Below are positions 52,675 through 64,000 of a stretch of 64,000 bases of DNA, in pieces (position 1 is the first letter of the stretch; each line of letters starts with the position of its first letter). The translations under genes were made by a program, and so were the position numbers. The notes below the pieces were generated by a model. It was not told where the DNA came from, did no database searches, and saw nothing but the letters and a program-made list of their open reading frames with translations. The stretch spans positions 218,800,001-218,864,000 of the forward strand of contig NC_086097.1 in the NCBI RefSeq assembly GCF_963921235.1. The letters are read 5' to 3'. The DNA comes from Mobula hypostoma. Taxonomy: Eukaryota.

Positions 52675-54504
52675 CTAGCGGAAGTTAGAGAAGTCAATGT
52701 TCATGCCATCAGGTTGGAGGCTACCCATACGGGATATAAGGTGTTGTTCCTCCAACCTGAGTGTGGCTTCATCTTTACAGTAGAGGAGGCCATGGATAGA
52801 CATGTCAGAATGGGAATGGGATGTGGAATTAAAATGTGTGGCCACTGGGAGATCCTGCTTTCTCTGGCGGACAGAGCGTAGATGTTCAGCAAAGCGGTCT
52901 CCCAGTCTGCGTCGGGTCTCACCAATATATAAAAGGCCACATCGGGAGCACCGGACGCAGTATATCACCCCAGTCGACTCACAGGTGAAGTGATGCCTCA
53001 CCTGGAAGGACTGTTTGGGGCCCTGAACAGTGGTAAGGGAGGAAGTGTAAGGGCATGTGTAGCACTTGTTCCGCTTACACGGATAAGTGCCAGGAGGGAG
53101 ATCAGTGGGGAGGGATGGGGGGGACGAATGGACAAGGGAGTTGTGTAGGGAGCGATCCCTGCGGAATGCAGAGAGAGGGGGGGAGGGAAAGATATGCTTA
53201 GTGGTGGGATCCAGTTGGAGGTGGCGGAAGTTACGGAGAATAATATGTTGGACCCGGAGGCTGGTGGGGTGGTAGGTGAGGACCAGGGGAACCCTATTCC
53301 TAGTGGGGTGGTGGGAGGATGGAGTGAGAGCAGATGTACGTGAAATGGGGGAGATGCGTTTAAGAGCAGAGTTGATAGTGGAGGAAGGGAAGCCCCTTTC
53401 TTTAAAAAATGAAGACATCTCCCTCGTCCTAGAATGAAAAGCCTCATCCTGAGAGCAGATGCGGCGGAGACGGAGGAATTGCGAGAAGGGGATGGCGTTT
53501 TTGCAAGAGACAGGGTGAGAAGAGGAATAGTCCAGATAGCTGTGAGAGTCAGTAGGCTTATAGTAGACATCAGTGGATAAGCTGTCTCCAGAGACAGAGA
53601 CAGAAAGATCTAGAAAGGGGAGGGAGGTGTCGGAAATGGACCAGGTAAACTTGAGGGCAGGGTGAAAGTTGGAGGCAAAGTTAATAAAGTCAACGAGTTC
53701 TGCATGCGTGCAGGAAGCAGCGCCAATGCAGTCGTCGATGTAGCGAAGGAAAAGTGGGGGACAGATACCAGAATAGGCACGGAACATAGATTGTTCCACA
53801 AAGCCAACAAAAAGACAGGCATAGCTAGGACCCATACGGGTGCCCATAGCTACACCTTTAGTTTGGAGGAAATGGGAGGAGCAAAAGGAGAAATTATTAA
53901 GAGTAAGGACTAATTCTGCTAGACGGAGCAGAGTGGTGGTAGGGGGGAACTGATTAGGTCTGGAATCCAAAAAGAAGCGTAGAGCTTTGAGACCTTCCTG
54001 ATGGGGGATGGAAGTATATAGGGACTGGACATCCATGGTGAAAATAAAGCGGTGGGGGCCAGGGAACTTAAAATCATCGAAAAGTTTAAGAGCGTGAGAA
54101 GTGTCACGAACATAGGTCGGAAGGGATTGAACAAGGGGTGATAAAACAGTGTCGAGGTATGCAGAAACGAGTTCGGTGGGGCAGGAGCAAGCTGAGACAA
54201 TAGGTCGGCCAGGACAGGCAGGTTTGTGGATCTTGGGTAGGAGGTAGAAACGGGAAGTGCGGGGTGTGGGAACTATAAGGTTGGTAGCAGTGGATGGGAG
54301 ATCCCCTGAGCGGATAAAGTCGTTGATAGTGTGGGAGACAATGGCCTGGTGCTCCTTCGTGGGGTCACGATCGAGGGGTAAGTAAGAGGAGGTATCCGCG
54401 AGTTGTCGCTGTGCCTCGGCAAGGTAGAGGTCAGTACGCCAGACTACAACAGCACCCCCTTTATCAGCGGGTTTAATAATAATGTTAGGATTAGTGCGGA
54501 GGGA
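52675..54504 (-). CDS. PLE polyprotein, RT plus GIY-YIG endonuclease; 5'-truncated but open (~610 codons)
   Basis: The frame extends upstream of the listed Met through IKPADKGG, LPKIHK and GRPIVS, then MDVQSLYT, GVAMG, YIDD, CKRNKCYTC and VIYCVRCSRCGLLYIGET. Confidence 0.92.
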   Translation of the reverse strand, partial: SLRTNPNIIIKPADKGGAVVVWRTDLYLAEAQRQLADTSSYLPLDRDPTKEHQAIVSHTINDFIRSGDLPSTATNLIVPTPRTSRFYLLPKIHKPACPGRPIVSACSCPTELVSAYLDTVLSPLVQSLPTYVRDTSHALKLFDDFKFPGPHRFIFTMDVQSLYTSIPHQEGLKALRFFLDSRPNQFPPTTTLLRLAELVLTLNNFSFCSSHFLQTKGVAMGTRMGPSYACLFVGFVEQSMFRAYSGICPPLFLRYIDDCIGAASCTHAELVDFINFASNFHPALKFTWSISDTSLPFLDLSVSVSGDSLSTDVYYKPTDSHSYLDYSSSHPVSCKNAIPFSQFLRLRRICSQDEAFHSRTREMSSFFKERGFPSSTINSALKRISPISRTSALTPSSHHPTRNRVPLVLTYHPTSLRVQHIILRNFRHLQLDPTTKHIFPSPPLSAFRRDRSLHNSLVHSSPPSLPTDLPPGTYPCKRNKCYTCPYTSSLTTVQGPKQSFQVRHHFTCESTGVIYCVRCSRCGLLYIGETRRRLGDRFAEHLRSVRQRKQDLPVATHFNSTSHSHSDMSIHGLLYCKDEATLRLEEQHLISRMGSLQPDGMNIDFSNFR

Positions 54505-54506
54505 GT

Positions 54507-55950
54507 CCGACCTATGTTCGTGACACTTCTCACGCTCTTAAACTTTTCGATGATTTTAAGTTCCCTGGCCCCCACCGCTTTATTTTCACCATGGATGTCC
54601 AGTCCCTATATACTTCCATCCCCCATCAGCAAGGTCTCAAAGCTCTACGCTTCTTTTTGGATTCCAGACCTAATCAGTTCCCCTCTACCACCACTCTGCT
54701 CCGTCTAACAGAATTAGTCCTTACTCTTAATAATTTCTCCTTTTGCTCCTCCCATTTCCTCCAAACTAAAGGTGTAGCTATGGGCACCCGTATGGGTCCT
54801 AGCTATGCCTGCCTTTTTGTTGGCTTTGTGGAACAATCTATGTTCCGTGCCTATTCTGGTATCTGTCCCCCACTTTTCCTTCGCTACATCGACGACTGCA
54901 TTGGCGCTGCTTCCTGCACGCATGCAGAACTCGTTGACTTTATTAACTTTGCCTCCAACTTTCACACTGCCCTCAAGTTTACCTGGTCCATTTCCGACAC
55001 CTCCCTCCCCTTTCTAGATCTTTCTGTCTCTGTCTCTGGAGACAGCTTATCCACTGATGTCTACTATAAGCCTACTGACTCTCACAGCTATCTGGACTAT
55101 TCCTCTTCTCACCCTGTCTCTTGCAAAAACGCCATCCCCTTCTCGCAATTCCTCCGTCTCCGCCGCATCTGCTCTCAGGATGAGGCTTTTCATTCTAGGA
55201 CGAGGGAGATGTCTTCATTTTTTAAAGAAAGGGGCTTCCCTTCCTCCACTATCAACTCTGCTCTTAAACGCATCTCCCCCATTTCACGTACATCTGCTCT
55301 CACTCCATCCTCCCACCACCCCACTAGGAATAGGGTTCCCCTGGTCCTCACCTACCACCCCACCAGCCTCCGGGTGCAACATATTATTCTCCGTAACTTC
55401 CGCCACCTCCAACGGGATCCCACCACTAAGCATATCTTTCCCTCCCCCCTCTCTCTGCATTCCGCAGGGATCGCTCCCTACACAACTCCCTTGTCCATTC
55501 GTCCCCCCATCCCTCCCCACTGATCTCCCTCCTGGCACTTATCCGTGTAAGCAGAACAAGTGCTACACATGCCCTTACACTTCCTCCCTTACCACCATTC
55601 AGGGCCCCAAACAGTCCTTCCAGGTGAGGCATCACTTCACCTGTGAGTCGACTGGGGTGATATACTGCGTCCGGTGCTCCCGATGTGGCCTTTTATATAT
55701 TGGTGAGACCCGACGCAGACTGGGAGACCGCTTTGCTGAACATCTACGCTCTGTCCGCCAGAGAAAGCAGGATCTCCCAGTGGCCACACATTTTAATTCC
55801 ACATCCCATTCCCATTCTGACATGTCTATCCACGGCCTCCTCTACTGTAAAGATGAAGCCACACTCAGGTTGGAGGAACAACACCTTATATTCCGTATGG
55901 GTAGCCTCCAACCTGATGGCATGAACATTGACTTCTCTAACTTCCGCTAG
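54507..55950 (+). pseudogene. Second PLE RT/GIY-YIG copy, more truncated and frameshifted
   Basis: Same protein as the minus arm, with two single-C deletions in C-runs (about 55444 and 55503). Confidence 0.88.
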
Positions 55951-56243
55951 GCCCCACCTCCCCCTCGTACCCCATCTGTTACTCTTTTTTATGCACACAT
56001 TCTTTCTCTCACTCTCCTTTTTCTCCCTCTGTCCCTCTGAATATACCTCTTGCCCATCCTCTGGGTCACCCCCCCCCCGTCTTTCTTCCCGGACCTCCTG
56101 TCCCATGATCCTCTCGTATCCCCTTCTGCCTATCACCTGTCGAGCTCTCGGCTCTATCCCTCCCCCTCCTGTCTTCTCCTATCATTTTGCATCTCCCCCT
56201 CCCCCTCCAGCTTTCAAATCCCTTACTCACTCTTCCTTCAGTT

Positions 56244-56279
56244 AGTCCTGACGAAGGGTCTCGGCCTGAAACGTCGACT
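56244..56279 (+). ncRNA. Minimal hammerhead ribozyme motif, intact
   Basis: AGTC-CTGACGA-AGGGTCTCGGCCT-GAAA-CGTC-GACT. Confidence 0.82.
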
Positions 56280-56870
56280 GCGCCTCTTCCTATAGATGCT
56301 GCCTGGCCTGCTGCGTTCACCAGCAACTTTGATGTGTGTTGCTTGAATTTCCAGCATCTGCAGAATTCCTGTTGTTTGTGTTTAAATATACCAACAGACC
56401 TGGCCTCCACCGCGGTATATGGCAGAGCATTCCACAGATTCATTATCCTCTGGCTAAGCAAAATTCCTCCTTACTTCTGTTCTAAAAGGTCACCCCTCTA
56501 GTTCTCGATACCCCCACCATATGAAACATCCTCTCCACATCCACCCTAGTCCTTTCAATGAGATCCCCCTGCATTCTTCTAAATTCCAGTGAGTACCAGC
56601 CCAAAGCTGCCAAATGCTCCTCATATGTTAACCCCTTCATTTCCAGAATCATCCTCGTGTGTCATGGTCCAGTCCATGAAGTCCGCGTTCCGGTTCACGG
56701 TCCGCTCCGTGGACTCTGGACTCTGGGTCTTCCGTCTGTCCCTTGTTTCATTTGGGCTTAATCATAGGCACCTGATGCTCGTCTTGGGGCTGGGAATATA
56801 AGTGGCCCTGGGTTTGAGTGTGGTTGCTGGTTCGTCTTGTCAGTATCCCGTCCTTGCCTCCGTGGGGTAA

Positions 56871-57361
56871 AGGTTGATTTATACTTCTACGTCAAATGGA
56901 CGCCGTAACCTATGCAAGAGGGCTACGCACGTTGTGAGCATTTATCCTTGTGCATCGGTGTGTCTGCGTCACTCTGCAAGTCAGGCACGTCGCGCATGCG
57001 CACACATCTGCCTGCGCAAGGCTTCATGGTCATGGTAGTGTTTCTTGGGGTAAATAAGTTTAAAGCAAGCATCTTTTTTCGTAAAGGCAAAATGTGTCCT
57101 CCATAATTTTGGAAGTCTGTAAAGCATTATGGAAAGCATTGCAGCCAGAGTTCCTTCCCTGCCCTTCAGTCGCCCTACGGGAAGCTATTGCAGCGTAGGA
57201 TGAAATGCGATGCTACCCAGCGGACCAATCGCAGTTGTTTGGTCTGCATTGCCGCGATGCGTAGTTACATTTTGGAAGAGATGCGCGTCAGGCTGCAGTG
57301 TAGGGTTCATGGCGCCACCAAACCTATGGCGTCTATTTGACGCAGAAGTATAAATCAGCCT
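56871..57361. mobile_element. PIF/Harbinger-type MITE (491 bp)
   Basis: 34-bp TIR AGGTTGATTTATACTTCTACGTCAAATGGACGCC (3 mismatches between ends) with TAA TSD (56868-56870 / 57362-57364). Confidence 0.88.
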
Positions 57362-57446
57362 TAAGTCAGGCTGTCTTTGCCATTACCCTGCGGTTGGATC
57401 TGTCCCTTCCTGTCCTTGCCTCCATTGGGTAAGCCAGGCCGTCTTT

Positions 57447-57633
57447 GCCTGTGTCTGGAGCCTTGCCCACAGCCTGTGTCTGGAGCCTTGCCCGCAGCCT
57501 GCGTCTGGAGCCTTGCCCGCAGCCTGTGTCTGGAGCCTTGCCCTGCAACCTGTGTCTGGAACCTTGCCCGCAACCTGCGTCTGGAGCCTTGCCCACAACC
57601 TGTGTCTGGAGCCTTGTCCTGCAACCTGTGTCT
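57447..57633. repeat. 25-bp minisatellite, about 7.5 copies
   Basis: Unit GCCTGTGTCTGGAGCCTTGCCCRCA. Confidence 0.95.
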
Positions 57634-59188
57634 AGTTCTACCACCGGAGAGCGACCAGAGCCTTACTGTATCAAGATAAGGAACTGTCTATTGCTGAGTT
57701 GGAACTGTCTCTGTGTCCATGCCTTCACTAGGTAGGTCCAGCCGTTTTCCGCTACCTAGTGTTGGGTACCATCTCGTCATGTTCAGCATTCTGTGTAGAG
57801 CCCCGGCCCCAAGTCCTGTCCCCAAGGAGGGGTCCTGGTTCTGTGTTCCGTGTACGAGTCCCGGCCCTAAGTCCTGTTCCTAAGGAGGGGTCCTGGCTCT
57901 GTGTTCCATGTCCTGGTGTTCCTGTCTCTCAAGTCCAAGGCTCCATATTCCTATGCTCTAGACCAAGGCTCTGTGTTCTTGTCCTCCCCAGGACCACGGC
58001 TCTGTGATCTGCGTTCCTGTTGTCTCAAGTCCAAGGCTCGGCTATTCCTGAGTACCAAGTCAAGGATTTGTGTTCTCGTCCTGTCCATGTGTTTCATCCT
58101 GTGCTGGAGTTCCCTCGTCTTGCCCAGGAGTTTCTCGTTCTGTCCTGTAGCCTCACCTAGTCCTGTCCCCCAAGACCACATCATGTCTTCGCCTAGTTCC
58201 GGAGTCCAAGCCCGAGTCAAGACCCAGGTTCTGGGTCCTTGTCAAGTCTCTGGCTCGGAGTCTGAACCCAAGCCTCATCATGTCCTCGCCTCGAAGAACC
58301 CAAGCCTCGAAATACCCAAGCCATGAAGCACCCAAGCCATGTCCAGTCCTGTAGCCATGTCATGTCCTTGCCTAGTTCTGGGGTCCGAGCCCAAGTCAAG
58401 ACCCAGGTTCTGGGTCCTTGTCCAGTCTCCGGCTTGGAGTCCAAACCAAGGCTCCTAGTTCCCAGTTCCTTGTCCTGGTCCCGCTTGCCTAGCCAATGTC
58501 CTAGCCCAAGTCTGTGTTCTTGTCCCAGCTCTCTGGTCAAGTCCTGTTCCTATTACTTCAGTGTCTCCGTCTTGCATTTGGGTCCACTTCCAGCGCTCCG
58601 TTCTGACATCGTGAACCTCCTCTGGACTCTCTCCAATGACAACACTTCCTTTCTGAGATATGGAGCCCAAAACTGTTGACAATACTCTAAGTGCAGCCTG
58701 ACTAGTGTCTTATAAAACCTCAGCATTATCTCCTTGCTTTATGTTCTATTCCCCTTGAAATAAATGCCAACATTGCATTTGCCTTCTTTACCACAGACTC
58801 AACTTGTAAATTATCCTTTTGGGAGTCTTGCGCAAAGACTTCTAAGCCCCTCTGCATCTTTGATGTTTGAACCTTCCTCCATTTAGGTACAGTCTGCACG
58901 ATTGTTCCTTTTACCCAAATGCATTATCATTCATTTCCCAACTCTGTATTCCATCTGCCACTTTTTGCTCATTCTTCCTATTTGTACAAGTCCTGCTGCA
59001 ATCGCATTGCTTCCTCAGCACTACTTACCCCTCCAATTAATCTTTGTATCATCCGCAAACTTTGCTAGAAAGCCATTACGTAATTCCATTATCCAAACAA
59101 TGTGAAAAGTAGCGATCCCAATGCTGACTCCTGAGGAACACCACTAGTCACTGGAAGCCAACCAGAAAAGACCCCTTTATTCTCCCTC

Positions 59189-59692
59189 AGTGCAGAGGAG
59201 GTTCACCAGGTTGATTCCAGGGATGAAGGGCTTAACCTATGAGGCGAGATTGAGTCGCCTGGCACTATACTCTCTGGAATTCAGAAGAATGAGAGGGGAT
59301 CTTATAGAAACATACAAAATTTTGAAAGGGATAGATTTGATAGAAGTAGGAAAGTTGTTTCCATGGGTAGGAGAGACTAGAACTAGGGGACATTGCCTCA
59401 AGATTCAGGAGAGAAGATTTAGGACGGAGATAAGGAGAAACTGTTTTTCCCAGAGAGTGGTGAATCTGTGGAATTCTCTGCCCAGGGAAGCAGTTGAGGC
59501 TTCCTCACTAAATATATTCTACCAACAGTTAGATAGGTTTTTACATAGTAAGGGAATTAAGGGTTATAGGGAAAAAGGCAGGTAGATGGAGCTGAGTTTA
59601 TGGACAGATCAGCCATGATCTTATTGAATGGCGGGGCAGGCTTGATGGGCCGGATGGCCTACTCCTGCTCCTATTTCTTATGTTCTTATGTT
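59189..59692 (+). mobile_element. CR1 3' end nested in the opposite-strand CR1
   Basis: QRRFTRLIPG...RGDLIETYKI...RVVNLWNSLP; TTCTTATG tail. Confidence 0.9.
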
Positions 59693-60134
59693 CACTGCCT
59701 TCCGCCTGTCAGCCATTCCTCTCTCCATGCCAGTATCTTTCCTGTAACACCATGGGATTTTATCTTGTTAAGCGGCCTCATGTATGGAACCTTATCAAAT
59801 ATCTTCTGAAAATGCAAGTAAATGACATCCACTGCATTTCCTTTATCCACCCTGCTTGTTAGTTCCTCAAAGGTCTCTTAACAAATTTGTCATGAAATAT
59901 TTCCCTTTACAGAAACCCTGCTGACTTTGTCTTAATTTATCATTAGTTTCCCAGTACCCCGAAACTTCGTCTTTAATAACTTAAAGAGTGGAGTGACATG
60001 TGGACAAAAAACTGACATCAAGGGATGATGATCTGTCAGTCATGTAAATCTGTGACCAAAGAGGAATCGATGGAATTTCTTGACTCCAAATGCAATCGTG
60101 AGTGCTTCCTGCTCAGCCTGGCTTTTAGCTTTGT

Positions 60135-61372
60135 CATAGAGCTATAGAAAAGTACAGTACAGAATCAGGCCCTTCATTTAAATCTCTACTCCCATCAACC
60201 TGCACTGGCACCATAGTGCTCCATACCCCTACCAACCTAACCAAACTTCCCTTAAATGTTGAAATTGAGTTCACATGCACCACTTCCACACTCTCATGAC
60301 ACTCTGAGAGAAGGTTCCCCTTAAAATTTTCACCTTTCACCCTTAAACCATGACCTTTAGTTGTAGTCCCACACAATGTCAGTGGGAAAAGCCTGCTTGC
60401 ATTTACCCTATCTATACCTGTCATAATTTTGTATACCTGTATTAAATCTCCTCTCAATCTTCTATGTTCTAAGGTATTAAGTCCTAACCTATTTAATCTT
60501 TTCATATAACTCGGGTCCTTCAGACCTGGCAACAACCCTGTAAGGTTTTTCTGTACCCTTTCAACTTTATTTACATTTTTCCTTTAAGTATATGACCAAA
60601 ACTGCACACAATACTCCAGATTAGGCGTCACCAATGTCTAATACAACTTCAAATTAACATTCCACCTCCTGTCCTCCTGTACTCAATACTTGGATTTATG
60701 AAGGCCAATGTGCCAAAAGTTAATTTTTCAACCACACCACTTTCAGTGAATTATGGACCTATATTCCCAGATTCCCTTGTTCTACCGCACTCCTCAGTGC
60801 CCTACCATTCACTATGTAAGACCTATCTTGTTTGGTCCTTTTGAAGTGCAACACCTCGTTATTGATTGCATTAAATTCCACCTGCCATTTTTCAGCTTAT
60901 TTTTCCAGCTTGTCCAGATCCTACTGTAGGCCAGGGTGGTCTTCCTTGCTGTCCACTACACCCCAAATCTTGGTGTCATCCGCAAATTTGCTGATCGAGT
61001 TAACCACATTATCATCCAGATCATTGAAAAAAATGACAAACAACGTCGGACCCAGCACTGATCCCTGTAGCTCTCCACTGGTCACAGGCCTACAGTCAGA
61101 GAGGCAACCCTCAACTACCACTCTCTGGCTTCTCCCACAAAGCCAATGTCTAATCCAATTTACTACCTCAGCTTGGATGCCAAGCGACTCAACCGTCTTG
61201 ACTAACCTCTCACGCCGGACCTTGTAAAATGTCCTGCCAAGGCCCATGTAGACACCACCCACCGTCTTGCCTTCATCAACTTTCCTGGTAACGTGCTTGA
61301 AAATCTCTGTAAGATTGGGTAGACATGAGCTACCATGTGCAGTGCCATGCTGACCATCCCTAATATGTCCAT
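60135..61372 (-). mobile_element. Decayed CR1
   Basis: QGSVLGP, KFADDTK and RGDLIQVYKIM motifs. Confidence 0.88.
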
Positions 61373-61379
61373 GTCCCAG

Positions 61380-62130
61380 TATGCTCCATCTTGTACATGT
61401 TTCTTTTTGTTTTTCCAAAAGACATTTCTCTTTATTGAAGTAGTTTTGGTTGACAGTGAATTTTTACTTTTACAGGCATGTTTAATATATCCCTTCTTAG
61501 CACAGCTTCCCTTATGTAAATCATTATACGAGCATTCTTTTGCTGAATGCCCAGTTTTGCCACAATGGTAACATTGTGTACCAATCGGTGTCTTATTCTT
61601 AAAGTCAGGAGAAAATATATGAATTTGGGAAGATGTGCTTAATAATTGTGTTTCTCTAGCTGCCATCTCCAGAGATGAACTAATCTCAATTGTAATGTTA
61701 GTCTGCCTTCTGTAAGCAACCATTTCTGAATTGCCTCACCATGTAAACCACACACGTCTGTAATGTAATGTGTCATTCAGTGACTGCCCAGAATCACAGT
61801 GTTCAGACAATTGCTTCAGCACTGCCACAAACTGTGAAATAGACTTGCTTTCCTCTTGATTCCTTTCATGAAATCTAAACGTCTCGGCAATAATCAAAGG
61901 TTTAGATGAATAGTGGTCCATTAAGGCTTCAGCTATATCGCCATAAGGCTTATCATCAGACTGAGCAGATTGCACTGGTCTATGTAGCAAATTAAATGTT
62001 TTTTGCACCCATCGCAGTCAGAAGGGATGGAACATGACTATAATCTGAAATTTGATTTACCAGTGCAAAACATTAAAAGCTTTCAGTATATGAACTTCAT
62101 TGCTCTGTTGTTTCATCATATGGCCCCGTA
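61380..62130 (-). mobile_element. Gypsy-like gag remnant
   Basis: CCHC knuckle CYHCGKTGHSAKEC and KPLIIAETFRFHERNQ...ESISQFVAVLKQLSEHC. Confidence 0.8.
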
Positions 62131-62559
62131 CTTCCAAACATTTTCGCCTTTTTCAAACTCTGACTTGTTCCAGAAAAGTTAATGTCTTATTCATCTCTCT
62201 CTCTCTTTCTCTTGTGTTTTATTTAACCATCCTATTCTCATTCTCTCCTTCGGGTTCTTCACCGACCACACTTCCTGTACCCGTCTTCTTTCTGCTGACC
62301 TACATTGCCAGCATTGCACATGGACTTTTCTTGCCGATGGGAAAAAAAATCAATAACTATCATGTGAGGAGCTATCACCTCATTGCCAGTTATTATGTAT
62401 GTGGTAGTGGGAAGCCCGGTGTCCGTGATTTACACAGACGAGAGACAGAGAGGTGGGAACAGATGGACAGCTGTTTATCTACCCAGAATGCCCTCTCACA
62501 TTATATTCAGCACGCAACTCTCAAGGAAACTTGATGGCAATCTGTAAGGGTCAAAACAT

Positions 62560-62872
62560 ACATGAATACATTACACCCATTACACTACTGTCCTCTCATA
62601 TTAGATTCCTTCCTCTTCAGCCACTTACCACACCCTTCCAACCTTCTTACTTCATTCCCCCTTCCCCCCACAGGTCTCACCTGCCAGCTTGTATTTCTTC
62701 CTCACCTTCTTATTCTGGCTTCTGCCTCCTTCCTTTCTAGTTCTGATGGAGCATCTCGGTCTGAAACATTGACTGTTTATTCCCCTCCATAGATGCTGCC
62801 CTACCTGCTGAGTACCTCCAGCATTTTGTGTGTCTTGCTCAAGGCTTCTTGCATCTGCAGACTCTCTTATGT
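62560..62872 (+). mobile_element. Decayed PLE 3' repeat with HHR-like motif (62739-62774)
   Basis: Pyrimidine-rich repeat, then AGTTCTGATGG...TGAAACATTGACT and the family tail. Confidence 0.7.
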
Positions 62873-63864
62873 TTATGCACACATTACCAAGGCCTATTTC
62901 TGATTAACGTTCTTGCTTCACCAAGAAATAATGTGAAAAATCTTTACAGCACTCTCCAGACCTGTGCCTTCATAGCCAAAATGGCTGGTCAACACAATCT
63001 GGTTATACCTCAAATTATATGGATGGAAATGAGAACTGACCTTTTCACAAATTAATGTCATTGCATGTCATTGATTATTTTATTTATTACCTCTTCGGTC
63101 TAGTTAGCTAAAATACTACTTCTGTCATCCTTCCTATTCATTTTGTCAAGGGTTCCCAAATTTTATATGTCTATTAAACCTCTCCACAGAAGTCAGTAAA
63201 CAACCACAGAAAATTCAACTTTTAAGGTCTGCATCACCGGTAGCATCTTTGTAATTTCTACTATTCTTCTTTGGTGTGATTCTTCTCTGTAATGCAGTGA
63301 CCAGTTCTGAAAAGCATACCCCACTGTGCCTATCGTTTGAAGTTCGAGGATTGCTCTGATATTTTTGTGCATGTCCTGATATTATCCTGAATGACTCAAC
63401 AATATTTTCTGATCCCACTATCAACTTGTAGCCTGAGCTCATCATTCTTATTAACCAGAACTCATATAAAGCACATTGAAACTTGTTATGGTGGTTAATA
63501 GTGTTATCCCTATCCCGCTCAGTTAGCCACCCCCATATAGAAGGAGTTCACATGCTGTACGAGCGGTGTTATCAATAAAGTTCAGTCGTATATCTTGCAT
63601 GATGCTGAGCTGGGGTCCTGGTGTGCTCTGCACTCAACCTCACTTCGAACACAACAAAACTCTCCTAATGTTTGTTCTTTAGCTTTCTTGCCTCTGCCTT
63701 CTAATCTCACCAGCAGATACCCAGCCTTCTAGTTCCAGGTTTGATGCTCTTCCACTGGAACTACGTATGTGACTGAACCCATCCTCCTCCCTACCAGAGG
63801 TAAACCAATCTCAGTAACAGCAACTGACCTCCAAGTAAGGGATGAGAATTGAAAGAGATTCAAA

Positions 63865-63975
63865 CGCTGGAAATCTGACATTTAAAAAAAAAGGAAATTC
63901 TGGAGATACTCAGCAAACCTGTGGAAAAGGAAACAAAGTCAATGTCTCAGGTCCGAGAGCTTTCATCAGAACTCA
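63865..63975 (-). mobile_element. Decayed PLE-end fragment
   Basis: Minus strand AGTT-CTGATGA...CCTGAGACATTGACT plus tail remnant. Confidence 0.6.
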
Positions 63976-64000
63976 TCACTGGACCATTTCAGGTCAGTAA

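Larger units (their letters stand above)
52287..56381. mobile_element. Inverted doublet of a Neptune-type Penelope-like retroelement
   Basis: Arms 52287-54120 and 54507-56340 are reverse complements, about 99% identical by eye. The spacer continues the minus-strand ORF. Perfect 18-bp TSD TTAAATATACCAACAGAC (52269-52286 / 56382-56399). Confidence 0.95.
56660..58608 (+). mobile_element. Solo LTR or LTR-like element
   Basis: TGTCA...TGACA termini; 5-bp TSD TCGTG (56655-56659 / 58609-58613); ATATAAG near 56797. Confidence 0.85.
52098..59980 (-). mobile_element. CR1 host element split into four pieces by nested insertions
   Basis: CR1 sequence is collinear across 52098-52286, 56382-56659, 58609-59188 and about 59693-59980. 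Confidence 0.8.

Noticed and set aside
55440..55510. Possible programmed frameshift in the plus PLE arm
   Set aside because: Two single-base losses in C homopolymers relative to the intact arm; slippage or sequencing error is the simpler explanation.
57361..57735. Repetitive Cys-rich ORFs and an array that might suggest CRISPR
   Set aside because: 25-bp head-to-tail repeat with no unique spacers, in a eukaryotic LTR context with no cas genes.

Overview
Eukaryotic, repeat-rich vertebrate DNA, most likely a cartilaginous fish such as a ray (inferred from the repeat mix of CR1, Rex1/Babar, RTE, L2 and Neptune-type Penelope elements). It holds the last three coding exons of a + strand PREX2-like Rac-GEF gene (1010-1112, 17659-17726, 46451-46493) with two long TE-filled introns. 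A TE-free putative 3' UTR runs from about 46.5 to 50.8 kb, followed by a nested TE cluster. The most striking feature is a Penelope-like element (PLE) family with a minimal hammerhead ribozyme (HHR) motif in its 3' repeat, seen about 20 times in intact or decayed form. It repeatedly inserts as TSD-flanked inverted (palindromic) doublets from about 150 bp to 4.1 kb. In each doublet one arm has the full 3' end and the other stops short, usually by about 35 nt. The largest (52287-56381) keeps an open ~610-codon RT plus GIY-YIG frame. Other items: a tRNA-SINE sharing its 3' end with an RTE LINE in the same window, an RTE-like element with a partial HDV-like ribozyme signature, solo LTRs, a Harbinger MITE and two minisatellites. 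All calls are by eye and no database was searched.
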